A stretch of DNA of 64,000 nt from positions 3,816 to 67,815 of IMG/VR virus record IMGVR_UViG_3300010160_000045. One strand, 5' to 3'. Under the pieces are notes generated by a model, which was not told the origin of the DNA, did not search any database, and was given only the letters and a program-made list of their open reading frames with translations. Origin of the DNA: a virus. The position numbers and the translations under genes were made by a program. Shown in pieces: positions 28,880 through 38,435 of this stretch; position 1 is the stretch's first letter; every line of letters starts with the position of its first letter.

Positions 28880-29884
28880 TTAGTTTGTATTTTTGTTAAT
28901 GCCAAAAGGGTCGCTGTACCTTGCTGCGTGTGCATTTAGGCTTTCTTGACTTATTTGGTCTTTTGATTTTGGTGTTTGAGCTGTCGTCACAACTGGTTTA
29001 CCACTTGAACTTGGTGAATTAAACTGCTTAAATAACTCAATCTTGGCTTCTGTGTTCGCCTTTTTCTGTGCATCTGAAATTAAATACGGTAACATTTTTA
29101 CCGAAATAGCTTTCTCGATTGCATTTTCAACATTGAACACATTTCCATTTACTGTCGTTTTAAGCTGCGACACCGCTTCAACGTACAACTCTTTTGCTAT
29201 CTTTGCAGTAACCTCCACCCCAAAAACATTTTTGCCCACCAACTTGTCAACCGTAACTAATAAGTTCTCGTTTGCCTGTTTTGCTGCATCCATATAAGGG
29301 TTTTCGCTTTTTGCTTTTAGCACCTTTGTTGCATCGTTAAACTTTTGTTCTAATTCTTGTTTTTGAGATACCATAAGTCTCTCTTGTACTGACTTTGGCA
29401 ATGTCTGAAATTGCTCATACTTTTCAGTTATTTCATCTTCTGACAATAACTCTCCGTACTCATTCTTCTCACCATTTAAAGCCATTTCAAATAATTGCTT
29501 CTCGGTAAAGTCGTTAGGGTCTGTTTCTGACAATGCCTTTAGCACCGACCTAATGTCCTTGCCCTGCTTCTTTGCTTCTAACAATGTTTTTGCTAATTCA
29601 TCATTAAGCAACTCTTGCATATCTGCCTTTCTCTCTTCTTGCTCCTTTACTGCAAGCTCGTCTTCAAGTAAATCTTTCCAAGTCTTTTGTACTTCTACAT
29701 TTGACACAATTTCCTCTGGACTTGCTTCTGCTTCTACACTATTAACAATAGTTTCTTCTGCGGCAGGTGTTTGTGGTGCGGCTGCGGCTGTTTCTCTTGC
29801 TGCTGCTTCTACATCTAACTTCGCTTGCATCTCTAAAAGAAATGCTTTTCCATCGGCTGGGGTTTGTAATTGATTTTCTGTCAT
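28880..29884 (-). CDS. Putative scaffolding protein
   Basis: Acidic, helical, 334 aa, directly upstream of the major capsid gene. Confidence 0.6.
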   Translation of the reverse strand: MTENQLQTPADGKAFLLEMQAKLDVEAAARETAAAAPQTPAAEETIVNSVEAEASPEEIVSNVEVQKTWKDLLEDELAVKEQEERKADMQELLNDELAKTLLEAKKQGKDIRSVLKALSETDPNDFTEKQLFEMALNGEKNEYGELLSEDEITEKYEQFQTLPKSVQERLMVSQKQELEQKFNDATKVLKAKSENPYMDAAKQANENLLVTVDKLVGKNVFGVEVTAKIAKELYVEAVSQLKTTVNGNVFNVENAIEKAISVKMLPYLISDAQKKANTEAKIELFKQFNSPSSSGKPVVTTAQTPKSKDQISQESLNAHAARYSDPFGINKNTN

Positions 29885-29950
29885 TTTGATTATTTGTTTG
29901 CAAAATTGAGATTAAAGAGTTAGTTTTGTATGTTTTTAAATACATATTAG

Positions 29951-30517
29951 ATGGAAAGGCAAATTAACACAGCGTTACTTAGGAAATTAATAACCAACAA
30001 CAAGAGTAACTTCCCAAAGGTGTTAAGTAGGCTAAACATATCTAAAAATAAAGACGATATAAAGATTGGCTTCTTTTCTAATGGCGTTGATGTCACAAAC
30101 CACTTTATGCTCAACAGCGAATTGTTTGAAATATTTATCAATACTATTCAGTCTGCTAAACTTGAAGATGGTGACTACTTTTACGCTCCTAAATACGCAG
30201 GTATAAATAAAATATTTACAAACCCCGATATATTTTTTAGACTTAGACTTAATAAAGGTATTCCATTTAGCGACTTGGAGGCTTATGCAAATGTTAACAG
30301 GGCTACAATTCAACAACTTGAAAAGAGTGAGCCTTTTGACCCATCCCTTAGTACAATGCTTAAATACTCTATTTTCTTTAAGCACCCTATATATGGATTA
30401 CTGGCTGAGTCCTATAAAAAAGAAACCCTTAACATTATATTAAACCACTTTATTGAAAAAGGGTACATAGAAGAAAGTAAGGCTAAAGAAATTTTTGAAA
30501 AAGAAAATTCTAAGTAG
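29951..30517 (+). CDS. XRE-family HTH transcriptional regulator
   Basis: 'LRLNKGIPFSDLEAYANVNRATIQQLEKSEPFDPSLSTMLKYSIFF' matches an HTH_3 pattern. Confidence 0.75.
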   Translation: MERQINTALLRKLITNNKSNFPKVLSRLNISKNKDDIKIGFFSNGVDVTNHFMLNSELFEIFINTIQSAKLEDGDYFYAPKYAGINKIFTNPDIFFRLRLNKGIPFSDLEAYANVNRATIQQLEKSEPFDPSLSTMLKYSIFFKHPIYGLLAESYKKETLNIILNHFIEKGYIEESKAKEIFEKENSK

Positions 30518-32777
30518 TTGACTCTTTTTTAGTCACCTGCTCCATCTGCTTAGTCAACAACTTTACTTGTTGCTGCAAGTCATTCATTTCTTTCTTGGTT
30601 GCGTTTGTCCTCTCGTTGTCTTGGCTTGTGGCTTGTGCTTGTATTGTTTTTGCTTGAACAACTGCCTGTGCTGGTATCTTCTTAGCTTCCATTCCTGCTT
30701 CAATGTTACCTTGCGCCATAGCCATGCTGTCCATTCTTTGCTGCTCTGCCGCTTTTTGGGACTCCATCTTTCTTTGCTTGGTTATTCTGTTGAGGTATAT
30801 TAAAGCGTGACGATAGCTTGTCATAGTTTTTAGCTTGATAGCATCGTTGAAGTCTAACAGTCCGTTTTGGAAGGCTGCCTGAACCATCATATTTAAGTCT
30901 TGTGACTTAGCCTCGTCTATTTGGTCGTAAGGGTTTATGTAAATTCCTAAATGCTCAAAGGAGTCCATTACTGCCGACTTTAACCACTCATAACCCCTGT
31001 CACCTAATATCATTCTTGGGTATTCCTCGTCTACATCATCAGCGCAAAATGCTAACTTCTGCATATTGGCAGACAACTGAATGCCCCTCTGTATGTAGTT
31101 TATAAATCCATTGAACAATGGTGCTACTCCTACTGCCGCTAAGTTCGTTGTGGCTTGCTGTACTCCCTTGCCAATTACTGACTGCTGTAAACCTTGTGAC
31201 ACATCAGGTAAGTGCATCATTTTACTCATCTCCCTCTCCAAAGATGCCATTATGTTCTCATAGACACCTACTACTGTAAGGGACTTTGTAAAGTCAACCA
31301 CTTCTGCAAACCTCATCTGAACTAAGTCTGGGTTTGAGTCTAAGTCCTTCTTTAGCATAGTCATGTGCTGACTGTTAAAGTCTTGGAATATCTTTTTAAC
31401 GGAGGTGTTGCTGTCCTCCCCTGCATTGGTTATGATATAGTTTATACCCATATCATTAATCATTGCTGCCTTTCTTTTTATTGTTGCAAGGTTGTAGTCG
31501 TCTTGTAAGTCCGTCATTCTACTTACTCTACTTCTGTAATAGCCGCCCATATAGTTGTCTATAAATACGGTTGCAGGACACTCTTGCTCACTAATCTTTA
31601 ATTGTTCGTATATCGCATTGGGAACTAAGCCTGCGTCTACCACCCACTTGTTGCCTATGATTGTAGCTTGATGCCATCGGTAGTTTGTAACCATTCCCTT
31701 TCGGTTCATGTTCTCAATAACAGGCTTGCCGTCCTTGTAGTCGTTTTCCTTTACAATGATGCTGCCTGAACGAGTCTTTTTGGTTTTATACCTATAGTCT
31801 ACTCTTGCCTTAAAGTAAATCTTTGCTACACTTAATCCTGTTAGGTAGCTTCCATTTCCCTGCCACCAATTGTAATAAGTTGTTGGCGACTGTGGGTACA
31901 CTTGTGTAAATGTTGCGTAGTATTGTGATGTTGTCTGCTGTGTGCTTAACGATTTTATTTCCTTTATTGCCTCCTCACTTAAGCTATCTCCGTATCTTTC
32001 AAGTATAGCATCGGGAGCTATAAGGTTTTCCCAAAATCCCCTAAACCAAGCATCATCGTTATATGCGTTGTTGCTCTTGCTTCTAAAGTCTAATATCAAT
32101 GACTGAGGAGCGCAAATCTTTTCTTTTAATATACCGTTTTGAATGTATCTGTCGCAGCCAGTCAGTCCCGAAATAACTACATCTAAAAATTGTTGTGTCT
32201 TTAATGTAGCGTAGTCATTTATCTTTATGATTGCCTTAGCTAAATTTTCTGCTACCTCTGCTCCTTCCTCCCTATAGCTTACGTCCATATACTCCTCCAC
32301 ATCTTCCCTTGAACTTAAAACAATGTTCTCTGGCAATGGGTTGAAAGTAACTCCAAGCTCCTTTATCTTTTCAAGGAAGTCTTTGTTGTCAACTGTGAAA
32401 ATTAACATCTGCTTGAATATATCTCTCCTTGTCTTTGCATCTGCACTTAACAATTCTGTAGATATATTGAACTTAGCCATAAACTCACTCATCTTTCCGT
32501 GAAGAGAGTTTACTAACTGAAATATTTGATTGTTCCTCGACTGCAACTCCATTAGGATTGTGTCTTGGATTACTGGGAAGTTTCTTGCTGCTCCCTGCTG
32601 ACCATAATAATAAAGAAAGCAACGATTCATCTCATCAACAGGAGTCAATGCTGTCTCCTTATTGGGATAAGGAAATATTGGTAGATTGTAAAAGGTGGCA
32701 AAGTATCTGCCAATCTTTAAGTACCAATCGTCAGTTTTCTCGTGTTCAGGTACGTCTAAATTTATCATCAAGTACAA
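30510..32777 (-). CDS. Portal protein
   Basis: 755 aa downstream of TerL, 'WHQATIIGNKWVVDAG' and a Q-rich coiled C-terminus. The true start may be ATG 32768. Confidence 0.85.
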   Translation of the reverse strand: MYLMINLDVPEHEKTDDWYLKIGRYFATFYNLPIFPYPNKETALTPVDEMNRCFLYYYGQQGAARNFPVIQDTILMELQSRNNQIFQLVNSLHGKMSEFMAKFNISTELLSADAKTRRDIFKQMLIFTVDNKDFLEKIKELGVTFNPLPENIVLSSREDVEEYMDVSYREEGAEVAENLAKAIIKINDYATLKTQQFLDVVISGLTGCDRYIQNGILKEKICAPQSLILDFRSKSNNAYNDDAWFRGFWENLIAPDAILERYGDSLSEEAIKEIKSLSTQQTTSQYYATFTQVYPQSPTTYYNWWQGNGSYLTGLSVAKIYFKARVDYRYKTKKTRSGSIIVKENDYKDGKPVIENMNRKGMVTNYRWHQATIIGNKWVVDAGLVPNAIYEQLKISEQECPATVFIDNYMGGYYRSRVSRMTDLQDDYNLATIKRKAAMINDMGINYIITNAGEDSNTSVKKIFQDFNSQHMTMLKKDLDSNPDLVQMRFAEVVDFTKSLTVVGVYENIMASLEREMSKMMHLPDVSQGLQQSVIGKGVQQATTNLAAVGVAPLFNGFINYIQRGIQLSANMQKLAFCADDVDEEYPRMILGDRGYEWLKSAVMDSFEHLGIYINPYDQIDEAKSQDLNMMVQAAFQNGLLDFNDAIKLKTMTSYRHALIYLNRITKQRKMESQKAAEQQRMDSMAMAQGNIEAGMEAKKIPAQAVVQAKTIQAQATSQDNERTNATKKEMNDLQQQVKLLTKQMEQVTKKESTT

Positions 32778-32818
32778 AATAAGACAATATTTGAACTTGC
32801 AATGTGTTTTTTAATACA

Positions 32819-34873
32819 TTATTCTTTTACCCATACTTGCTTCAATTGACCGCCTACATTTTGCCAAGTCAAACGCTCATTAGGCTGCTTCGGAGCTGCT
32901 GCCTTTACCTGCTTGTCTGGCTCAAAGTTTCCACAAGCCAAGTTTCCTACCCCATAGGCATCAGCTAAATCCGAGTTGTCCGTTCCATAAATCAATAGGT
33001 TGTCTATAAGCCTCAATGAGTTTATCTTGTGACCATAAAGCCTAAGGTACTTGTTCATTACTGATGTTCGGTAGTCCTTATTGTTTCCATCAATGTAAAT
33101 ACCATAGGCATCTCCTGTCTTTTCTATTAGCCTGTCGGTATTGTGACTCCTTAACTGCCTTAGTAATACTCTCTGCTGTCCCTCGCCCTCAAATAAGTCT
33201 GTTAAGGTACTCCCTGCACTTGCATTTCTTTCGGGGTATGCCCTTGCCCCACCAAACTTATTATAGTACATACAAAGCCACAATGCAGCCTTTTCTACTA
33301 AGTGCCTCTTTTCAGGTCTTACAAAGTAGTTGGCTACGTCTACATACTGATTGTCGCCAGTTATCTTGTGGACTACTAACGCAAACTTTGACTTCTCCTT
33401 CCCCAACTCGTTACCTTTTGCATTCTTGTTGGTGGAGTTCTTTGCTGTGCTTGTTGCATCGACTCCTATTCTATATAAGTGGTGTTCTAATGGTGGCTCA
33501 AACATTTCAAAGGTAAACTGACCATCACTCTCCTTGCTGTCGGCTGGGTCAACTATTATCTGTCCGTCAATCCTTTTTATTGTATGCTTAAACTGTGGAG
33601 TTAGCAATATTTGCTTCTGCCTGTGCTTTAGTATCTCTACTACATCGGCTTCAAGTCCATTGTCCCTGTTTATGTCAAAGACGTGTTCAATGGTTCTTGG
33701 GTTTTGATGGGAATATAAAACCTTTCCCGAATCACTTAACGACTCCATCTTGTTTTCCCAAAAACTAATAGCCTTCTCAATCTTTGGGTCACCATACTCA
33801 TCCATAAAGTCAGAGCCTCTACCTCCTAAGTAAAATGGTATAAACATTCTCTTTAGCCCACTTGGAGTAAAGCCATTTGCATCAATCTTATTTGGCGCAC
33901 TATCGTTCCATATCTGCTGTGACTCAGACAGACTATCACTTGTTATGTTCTCCGCTGTGGCAATCAACCAAATCTTACCCACAACCCTTGACCCACTATC
34001 CTCTGTCGCCTGTGCATAAGCCTTAGAGTGCCAGTTCTCCAAAGTCATTTCATCTTTTCTTTCTAATGAAGCAAACTCATCAAGAGAAGCCCTCTTTAGT
34101 TTCTTACCTTGGATACCACTTAGCTTTGTTGGCTTAACTCCAAAGTCAATATTGTCTGTGCTTGTCTTTGTGTCTACTGCTGTCCAAATGATACCATCGG
34201 TCATTGTCTCCCTACTGAAAACAATTAGGTTGTCCCTGTCCCTGTTCTTAATAGACTTCTTTGTTTCATCAAACTTTGTTATCGGCAGGCTTTCGTGTAA
34301 ATGCTCGTTGGCATAAAATGTCTTGGCAAAGTTTTCTTTTGCCTCCTTGTCGTTCAATGCTTGGAATGTGTACCTGCCCTTCTCACTTAATAAGGCATCG
34401 ACAAACATCTCCAACTGCATTATCTCAGACTTGCCTAAGCGTTTTAACGAGAATATAATTCCACCTACGCACTTAGGGTCTTTAACGCACAAGTCCATAA
34501 AGTAGAATATATCCCTCTGTGTTCTTGTGTACCTAAAGTAGTCTGTGTCTGATTCCTTTAACTTCCAATGAACCATACCTGCATAGTGAACTCCTGTTAC
34601 ATAGATTAACTTTCCATTGTTCCAAAAGTAAACACCGTGCTTTATTCTCCTTATCTCCCTCTTGTATATTGATATGTTTTCTTGCTTGGTGCAGTCCTCA
34701 AATATTGGGAATATAGGCTTAATCCATTTTTGCTCTTTCTTTGGCAGCCCCTCGTTTAATATGTCGTGTACTCCATCTATAGGCTCGTAAACATCGTAGT
34801 AAAGATAGTCCTCCTCACCATCTGAATTTGTGCCATCTAACTTAACAGAGTAAAGCTTTTTTCTATTCGCCAT
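32819..34873 (-). CDS. terL: Terminase large subunit
   Basis: 'YFWNNGKLIYVTGVHY', Walker A-like 'KRLGKS', Walker B 'SLDEFA', nuclease 'YRIGVD' and 'DLADAYG'. Confidence 0.9.
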   Translation of the reverse strand: MANRKKLYSVKLDGTNSDGEEDYLYYDVYEPIDGVHDILNEGLPKKEQKWIKPIFPIFEDCTKQENISIYKREIRRIKHGVYFWNNGKLIYVTGVHYAGMVHWKLKESDTDYFRYTRTQRDIFYFMDLCVKDPKCVGGIIFSLKRLGKSEIMQLEMFVDALLSEKGRYTFQALNDKEAKENFAKTFYANEHLHESLPITKFDETKKSIKNRDRDNLIVFSRETMTDGIIWTAVDTKTSTDNIDFGVKPTKLSGIQGKKLKRASLDEFASLERKDEMTLENWHSKAYAQATEDSGSRVVGKIWLIATAENITSDSLSESQQIWNDSAPNKIDANGFTPSGLKRMFIPFYLGGRGSDFMDEYGDPKIEKAISFWENKMESLSDSGKVLYSHQNPRTIEHVFDINRDNGLEADVVEILKHRQKQILLTPQFKHTIKRIDGQIIVDPADSKESDGQFTFEMFEPPLEHHLYRIGVDATSTAKNSTNKNAKGNELGKEKSKFALVVHKITGDNQYVDVANYFVRPEKRHLVEKAALWLCMYYNKFGGARAYPERNASAGSTLTDLFEGEGQQRVLLRQLRSHNTDRLIEKTGDAYGIYIDGNNKDYRTSVMNKYLRLYGHKINSLRLIDNLLIYGTDNSDLADAYGVGNLACGNFEPDKQVKAAAPKQPNERLTWQNVGGQLKQVWVKE

Positions 34874-35264
34874 TCAATGCTATCTTTCGTATGTCGGTTG
34901 TGGTAGTTATTAGTCCTATCTTCTTCTGCTCGTCTGGACTTAACTTCATCTGTAGACCAACTATAGCCTCAGCCATGTCGGGTATTTCCTTACTTATCTT
35001 TAACGCTGTTTCTGCCTTTGCCCTTGCTGCTGAGGAAATAGCCATAATAATTCTGTCAGAATTGTCAAACTCTGCATACTTACTAAAGTCCTCGTTTGTT
35101 TCTATGGTAAAAGGCTTCTCCTTTAACTCATTGCAGTAGGCTTGAAATTGTGAACTCAATGCCTCAAATCCTAAGTAATAAGGACTGCTAAACATAGCCT
35201 CCACCTTTTCTCTCAACTCTACTGAGAGTTTCTTTAACTCCTTTACTTCTGCTTCGTTTAGCAT
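34863..35264 (-). CDS. Hypothetical protein, possible terminase small subunit
   Basis: Helical 133 aa overlapping the TerL start. The functional call is positional only. Confidence 0.45.
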   Translation of the reverse strand: MLNEAEVKELKKLSVELREKVEAMFSSPYYLGFEALSSQFQAYCNELKEKPFTIETNEDFSKYAEFDNSDRIIMAISSAARAKAETALKISKEIPDMAEAIVGLQMKLSPDEQKKIGLITTTTDIRKIALNGE

Positions 35265-35509
35265 TTTACAAACATTTTTTGTTTAACCAATCTTTCAAAC
35301 TCACTTCTCTTAATGTCAAGTTCTTTCCCTAATTTACTTTGATGTTCAAGGTATTTTATTTCTGCTGCTTCAATGTACTTGAACTTTAAAATATCCTCAT
35401 CTAACTTTACTTTTGACTGCTTTCCCTTAGCATCAGTTTTTATCTTATGTGTTTCTTTTGATAAAAACAATATTTTACTCTGGTCGTTTATGTTTTGATA
35501 TGTGTGCAT
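35258..35509 (-). CDS. Hypothetical protein
   Basis: 83-aa ORF coupled to its neighbours. Confidence 0.6.
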   Translation of the reverse strand: MHTYQNINDQSKILFLSKETHKIKTDAKGKQSKVKLDEDILKFKYIEAAEIKYLEHQSKLGKELDIKRSEFERLVKQKMFVKC

Positions 35510-35680
35510 TTAGCTATCAATCCTTACTGTTTCCCAAATAATTATTAACTCACCATCCATTTCCATTTCTTTTTTAAAGGATGGCGTTATATGACCGTTA
35601 GTGCTTAACTGCTGTACCACAATTGGGTCTGCCGCATCAATACCTACTATGTACTTTGTTTCTTTGTTTGGTGTTTCCAT
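35510..35680 (-). CDS. Hypothetical protein (56 aa, METPNKETKYIVGIDAADP...)
   Basis: Fills the gap exactly: its TAA abuts the next ATG. Below the track's length cutoff. Confidence 0.6.
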   Translation of the reverse strand: METPNKETKYIVGIDAADPIVVQQLSTNGHITPSFKKEMEMDGELIIIWETVRIDS

Positions 35681-35697
35681 TTGGTTTGTTTGTTAAG

Positions 35698-36390
35698 TTA
35701 GTTTACAAAAATACAATATTCTTCTGAATAAATGCCTAATTCAAGGTTAATCTGATTCCTAAGTTCAATTCTTTCCTCCAAATTATACTCCTTTTCTGCT
35801 TTCTTTAGTCGGTTGGATATGCCGCAAGCCAATGAGTAAAACATTTGATATTCCTCTTGTGAGTATTTTGGAACGGGAGTTTGCTTTAATCCAATAACAA
35901 ATAATAGGTAACTTCTGCCATACTCCCTTTCTAATCCCTCTTTCATTAAGGCATCATCATTTTGCCAATGGTTGCTTTGTGCTGATTGTCTGTGAATGTT
36001 ATGAGCGTTATATGTAAAATTCTTATTTGCTCCCGATGAAAATACATGACCTCCATGAAGTTGACCTGCGTTTATTTGCCTTGCTAAACATAACTGCCCT
36101 TTATCAATAAGCCTTACTATTTCGTTTATTTTTTGCTGCAATTTCTTTTTCCAATTAGTTACTTTGTCCTTTAACTCTTTGTCGGCTTTCTTCTCCTTAT
36201 CCTTTACTTGCTTCTTTGCCTTCTCAATCTTCTTAGCTATTACCTTCTGACCTGCCTCCGTTTCTCTCAGCCACCTCGCATAATGACTTTGGCTGATGTG
36301 CTTCTCCATACCCTTAGGTACAAACATCTCGCCACAAGGACATAGACAAGTTTTTTGCTTAGGAGTCTTTTGTTTTATTGTGGAGTTCAT
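35698..36390 (-). CDS. NinG/Rap-like nuclease
   Basis: N-terminal 'CLCPC...F.P', 'INEIVRLIDKGQLC', 'HGGHVFS.GA...NIHRQ'. Confidence 0.75.
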   Translation of the reverse strand: MNSTIKQKTPKQKTCLCPCGEMFVPKGMEKHISQSHYARWLRETEAGQKVIAKKIEKAKKQVKDKEKKADKELKDKVTNWKKKLQQKINEIVRLIDKGQLCLARQINAGQLHGGHVFSSGANKNFTYNAHNIHRQSAQSNHWQNDDALMKEGLEREYGRSYLLFVIGLKQTPVPKYSQEEYQMFYSLACGISNRLKKAEKEYNLEERIELRNQINLELGIYSEEYCIFVN

Positions 36391-37613
36391 TACTTACATC
36401 TTATTGCTAACTTAGTTGTAAACCCATGCTTGCTGTCTAACATCTTAAAACCCTGCATAGGCTCTTCGGGTAACGCCTTTATATACATTGCGTATGTACC
36501 AAATCCTATACCGCTTCCGTTTACCAAGCAGTCCTTAGTTGCCTCCCAAAATTGATGGTAGTGACCCATAAAGTTATAGTCTGCCTGTATCTGTTGATTC
36601 ATCTTACCTATCGCCTTTATCAAAGGTATTGTCAATCCTCCAATCCCTCCATTGAACTTGATTGAGTCACCGTGGAATGTTCTTATTACCTTGTCAAACA
36701 TTTTTAGGTAGTTAAACTCTCCATTGGCAATGATAAAGGTAAACATCTTGTCGTTGCTGAAGTAGTCTGCTATGTCTTGGTACATCATCCACTCGTAGGA
36801 GTTTTTGTAGCCACTCGATATCCTTGGTCTTTGTGTTGTCCTACCGTGGTTACCATAGTTACACGCTACTGTTATCTTCTTAAACTTTCCGTGCCTCTTG
36901 TAGAAGTTTAATGCTGTGATTATCTTCTCCTTTGCAAACCTTGTGGCTTGTGTTGGACTTAAATAGTTATTCTCTACCAACTCCTCGTGTATGTATCCTG
37001 TTATGAAGTCACCTCCTAACCAAATTACTACCTGCTCAATGTCTGTAGTGTGTCTTTCCTTTGCTACAAGCTTTAAAGAGTTTTGAATGCACTTGCTCCA
37101 CCTCTCTGCCGCTATCTCTAAGTTGTACTCGTTCAGTCCGTTGATGGTGTGCGCCTCTACCTTTTCCTCAAAGTGCCAGTCAGATAACGATATGATAGGA
37201 ACACCCTCGTGCTTGTCGTGCTGACTTAACAATGGCTCTATTTCGTTTATTTGTACTTCTTCTTTTATCTGAACTAAAGCGTCAAACCTTAGATTTGCCA
37301 TTTCTAACTCCTTTAAAGATGCTTCGTACTTCTTCTTGTACTCGCTATGCTCTGCCTTTATTCGTATTAACTTTAAGTCGTCCTTTATTATCTCCTCAAC
37401 TGCCTTTTTTACTTTTTCTACCTTTGGAATTTCTTTTTTCTCAGACTTTCTTTTCATCTCAACATTCCACATCCAAATGTAGTTCTTAAAAGAAATATCA
37501 CGCAGGTAGCTTTTTCTTTTTTTGTATTTTTTTAGAAAAAAATTCATGTCCAAAGGCTCTTTCATTGACAACAAGTCTTGCTCTACGTCAATTCTTAGTT
37601 GGCTTTTCTTCAT
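36390..37613 (-). CDS. Calcineurin-like metallophosphoesterase
   Basis: Motifs LSDWH, LGGDF, GNHGR, FHGD, GHYH, with an N-terminal coiled coil. Confidence 0.85.
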   Translation of the reverse strand: MKKSQLRIDVEQDLLSMKEPLDMNFFLKKYKKRKSYLRDISFKNYIWMWNVEMKRKSEKKEIPKVEKVKKAVEEIIKDDLKLIRIKAEHSEYKKKYEASLKELEMANLRFDALVQIKEEVQINEIEPLLSQHDKHEGVPIISLSDWHFEEKVEAHTINGLNEYNLEIAAERWSKCIQNSLKLVAKERHTTDIEQVVIWLGGDFITGYIHEELVENNYLSPTQATRFAKEKIITALNFYKRHGKFKKITVACNYGNHGRTTQRPRISSGYKNSYEWMMYQDIADYFSNDKMFTFIIANGEFNYLKMFDKVIRTFHGDSIKFNGGIGGLTIPLIKAIGKMNQQIQADYNFMGHYHQFWEATKDCLVNGSGIGFGTYAMYIKALPEEPMQGFKMLDSKHGFTTKLAIRCK

Positions 37614-37670
37614 TTTACAGTTTTTTCAAAGTTACATTTAAACTCAATCGACAATGTTAATAATTAATTA

Positions 37671-37895
37671 TCATTTATCCAAAAATATTCCATTGTCGTG
37701 CAATAAATCAAAAAACTTACTTTGATAGCCTTCCGTTAATTCAATTTCTTTTTCAGTAAGGTTTCCATTGTACTTCAACTCATCTCTAAAAAGTTGTTTT
37801 ATATCCCACAAAACTTCATACATAGCACCTGCCTTTACTGCAATTTCAAAAATTTCCCTTTCCTCTGGTAAATTAAATTTTAGTGTCGCTTCCAT
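37671..37895 (-). CDS. Hypothetical protein (MEATLKFNLPEE type)
   Basis: 74 aa. Promoter TATATTTG on the minus strand at 37958-37951. Confidence 0.7.
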   Translation of the reverse strand: MEATLKFNLPEEREIFEIAVKAGAMYEVLWDIKQLFRDELKYNGNLTEKEIELTEGYQSKFFDLLHDNGIFLDK

Positions 37896-37950
37896 CGTTC
37901 ATTAAATTAGTTTTTAGCTGTTAACGTATTATTTTTAATACATATTTCTG

Positions 37951-38056
37951 CAAATATAAATCCTTTATTTGATATCGGAATAAAGAATAATCTATTTAGA
38001 TTGAATATAAATAGTTGAAATATATTTTGTAGTTCGGAAAATTGTTTTTATGTTTG
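37951..38056. promoter_or_regulatory. Divergent Bacteroidota-type promoters
   Basis: Minus strand: TATATTTG at 37958-37951. Plus strand: TTTG at 38026-38029, 19 nt, then TATGTTTG at 38049-38056. Located at the strand switch. Confidence 0.7.
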
Positions 38057-38060
38057 CAGC

Positions 38061-38150
38061 GGATTAGGGTCAGAGCTAACCAATATAAAAATATTAATAA
38101 AATAGCTGTTATTTGAAACCTCTGACTTTCATCTAACGGCATTTTTACTT
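38061..38150 (+). ncRNA. Candidate structured 5' leader: two hairpins with complementary loops
   Basis: ttag-GGTCAGAG-ctaa, then gctgttatttgaaa-CCTCTGAC-tttcatctaacggc followed by a T run and ATG 38152. Confidence 0.5.
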
Positions 38151-38151
38151 T

Positions 38152-38430
38152 ATGGAAACAATAGTTTGCAAAAAATGTGGGGCAGAGAATGACTACTCTA
38201 CAGAATTAAAAAATGGACAAAATGTAGCAACCTGCAACAACTGTCAATCATTCATCAAGAATATATCGTATTCTAAACCTAAGTTTTATTTTGGTCAATA
38301 CAAAGGCACTTTGATAGCCGATTGTGTTGACCTTGGTTATTTAGAGTGGTTTTTGGGAAACACAAATCCAAAGGCAAACATTAAGACTGCTTGTGTAGAT
38401 AGAATAGAAACTTTAAAATCTAATATCTAA
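38152..38430 (+). CDS. Zinc-ribbon protein with a DUF3820-like C-terminus
   Basis: CxxC...CxxC followed by 'FYFGQYKG...DLGYLEWF'. Confidence 0.7.
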   Translation: METIVCKKCGAENDYSTELKNGQNVATCNNCQSFIKNISYSKPKFYFGQYKGTLIADCVDLGYLEWFLGNTNPKANIKTACVDRIETLKSNI

Positions 38431-38435
38431 TCAAT

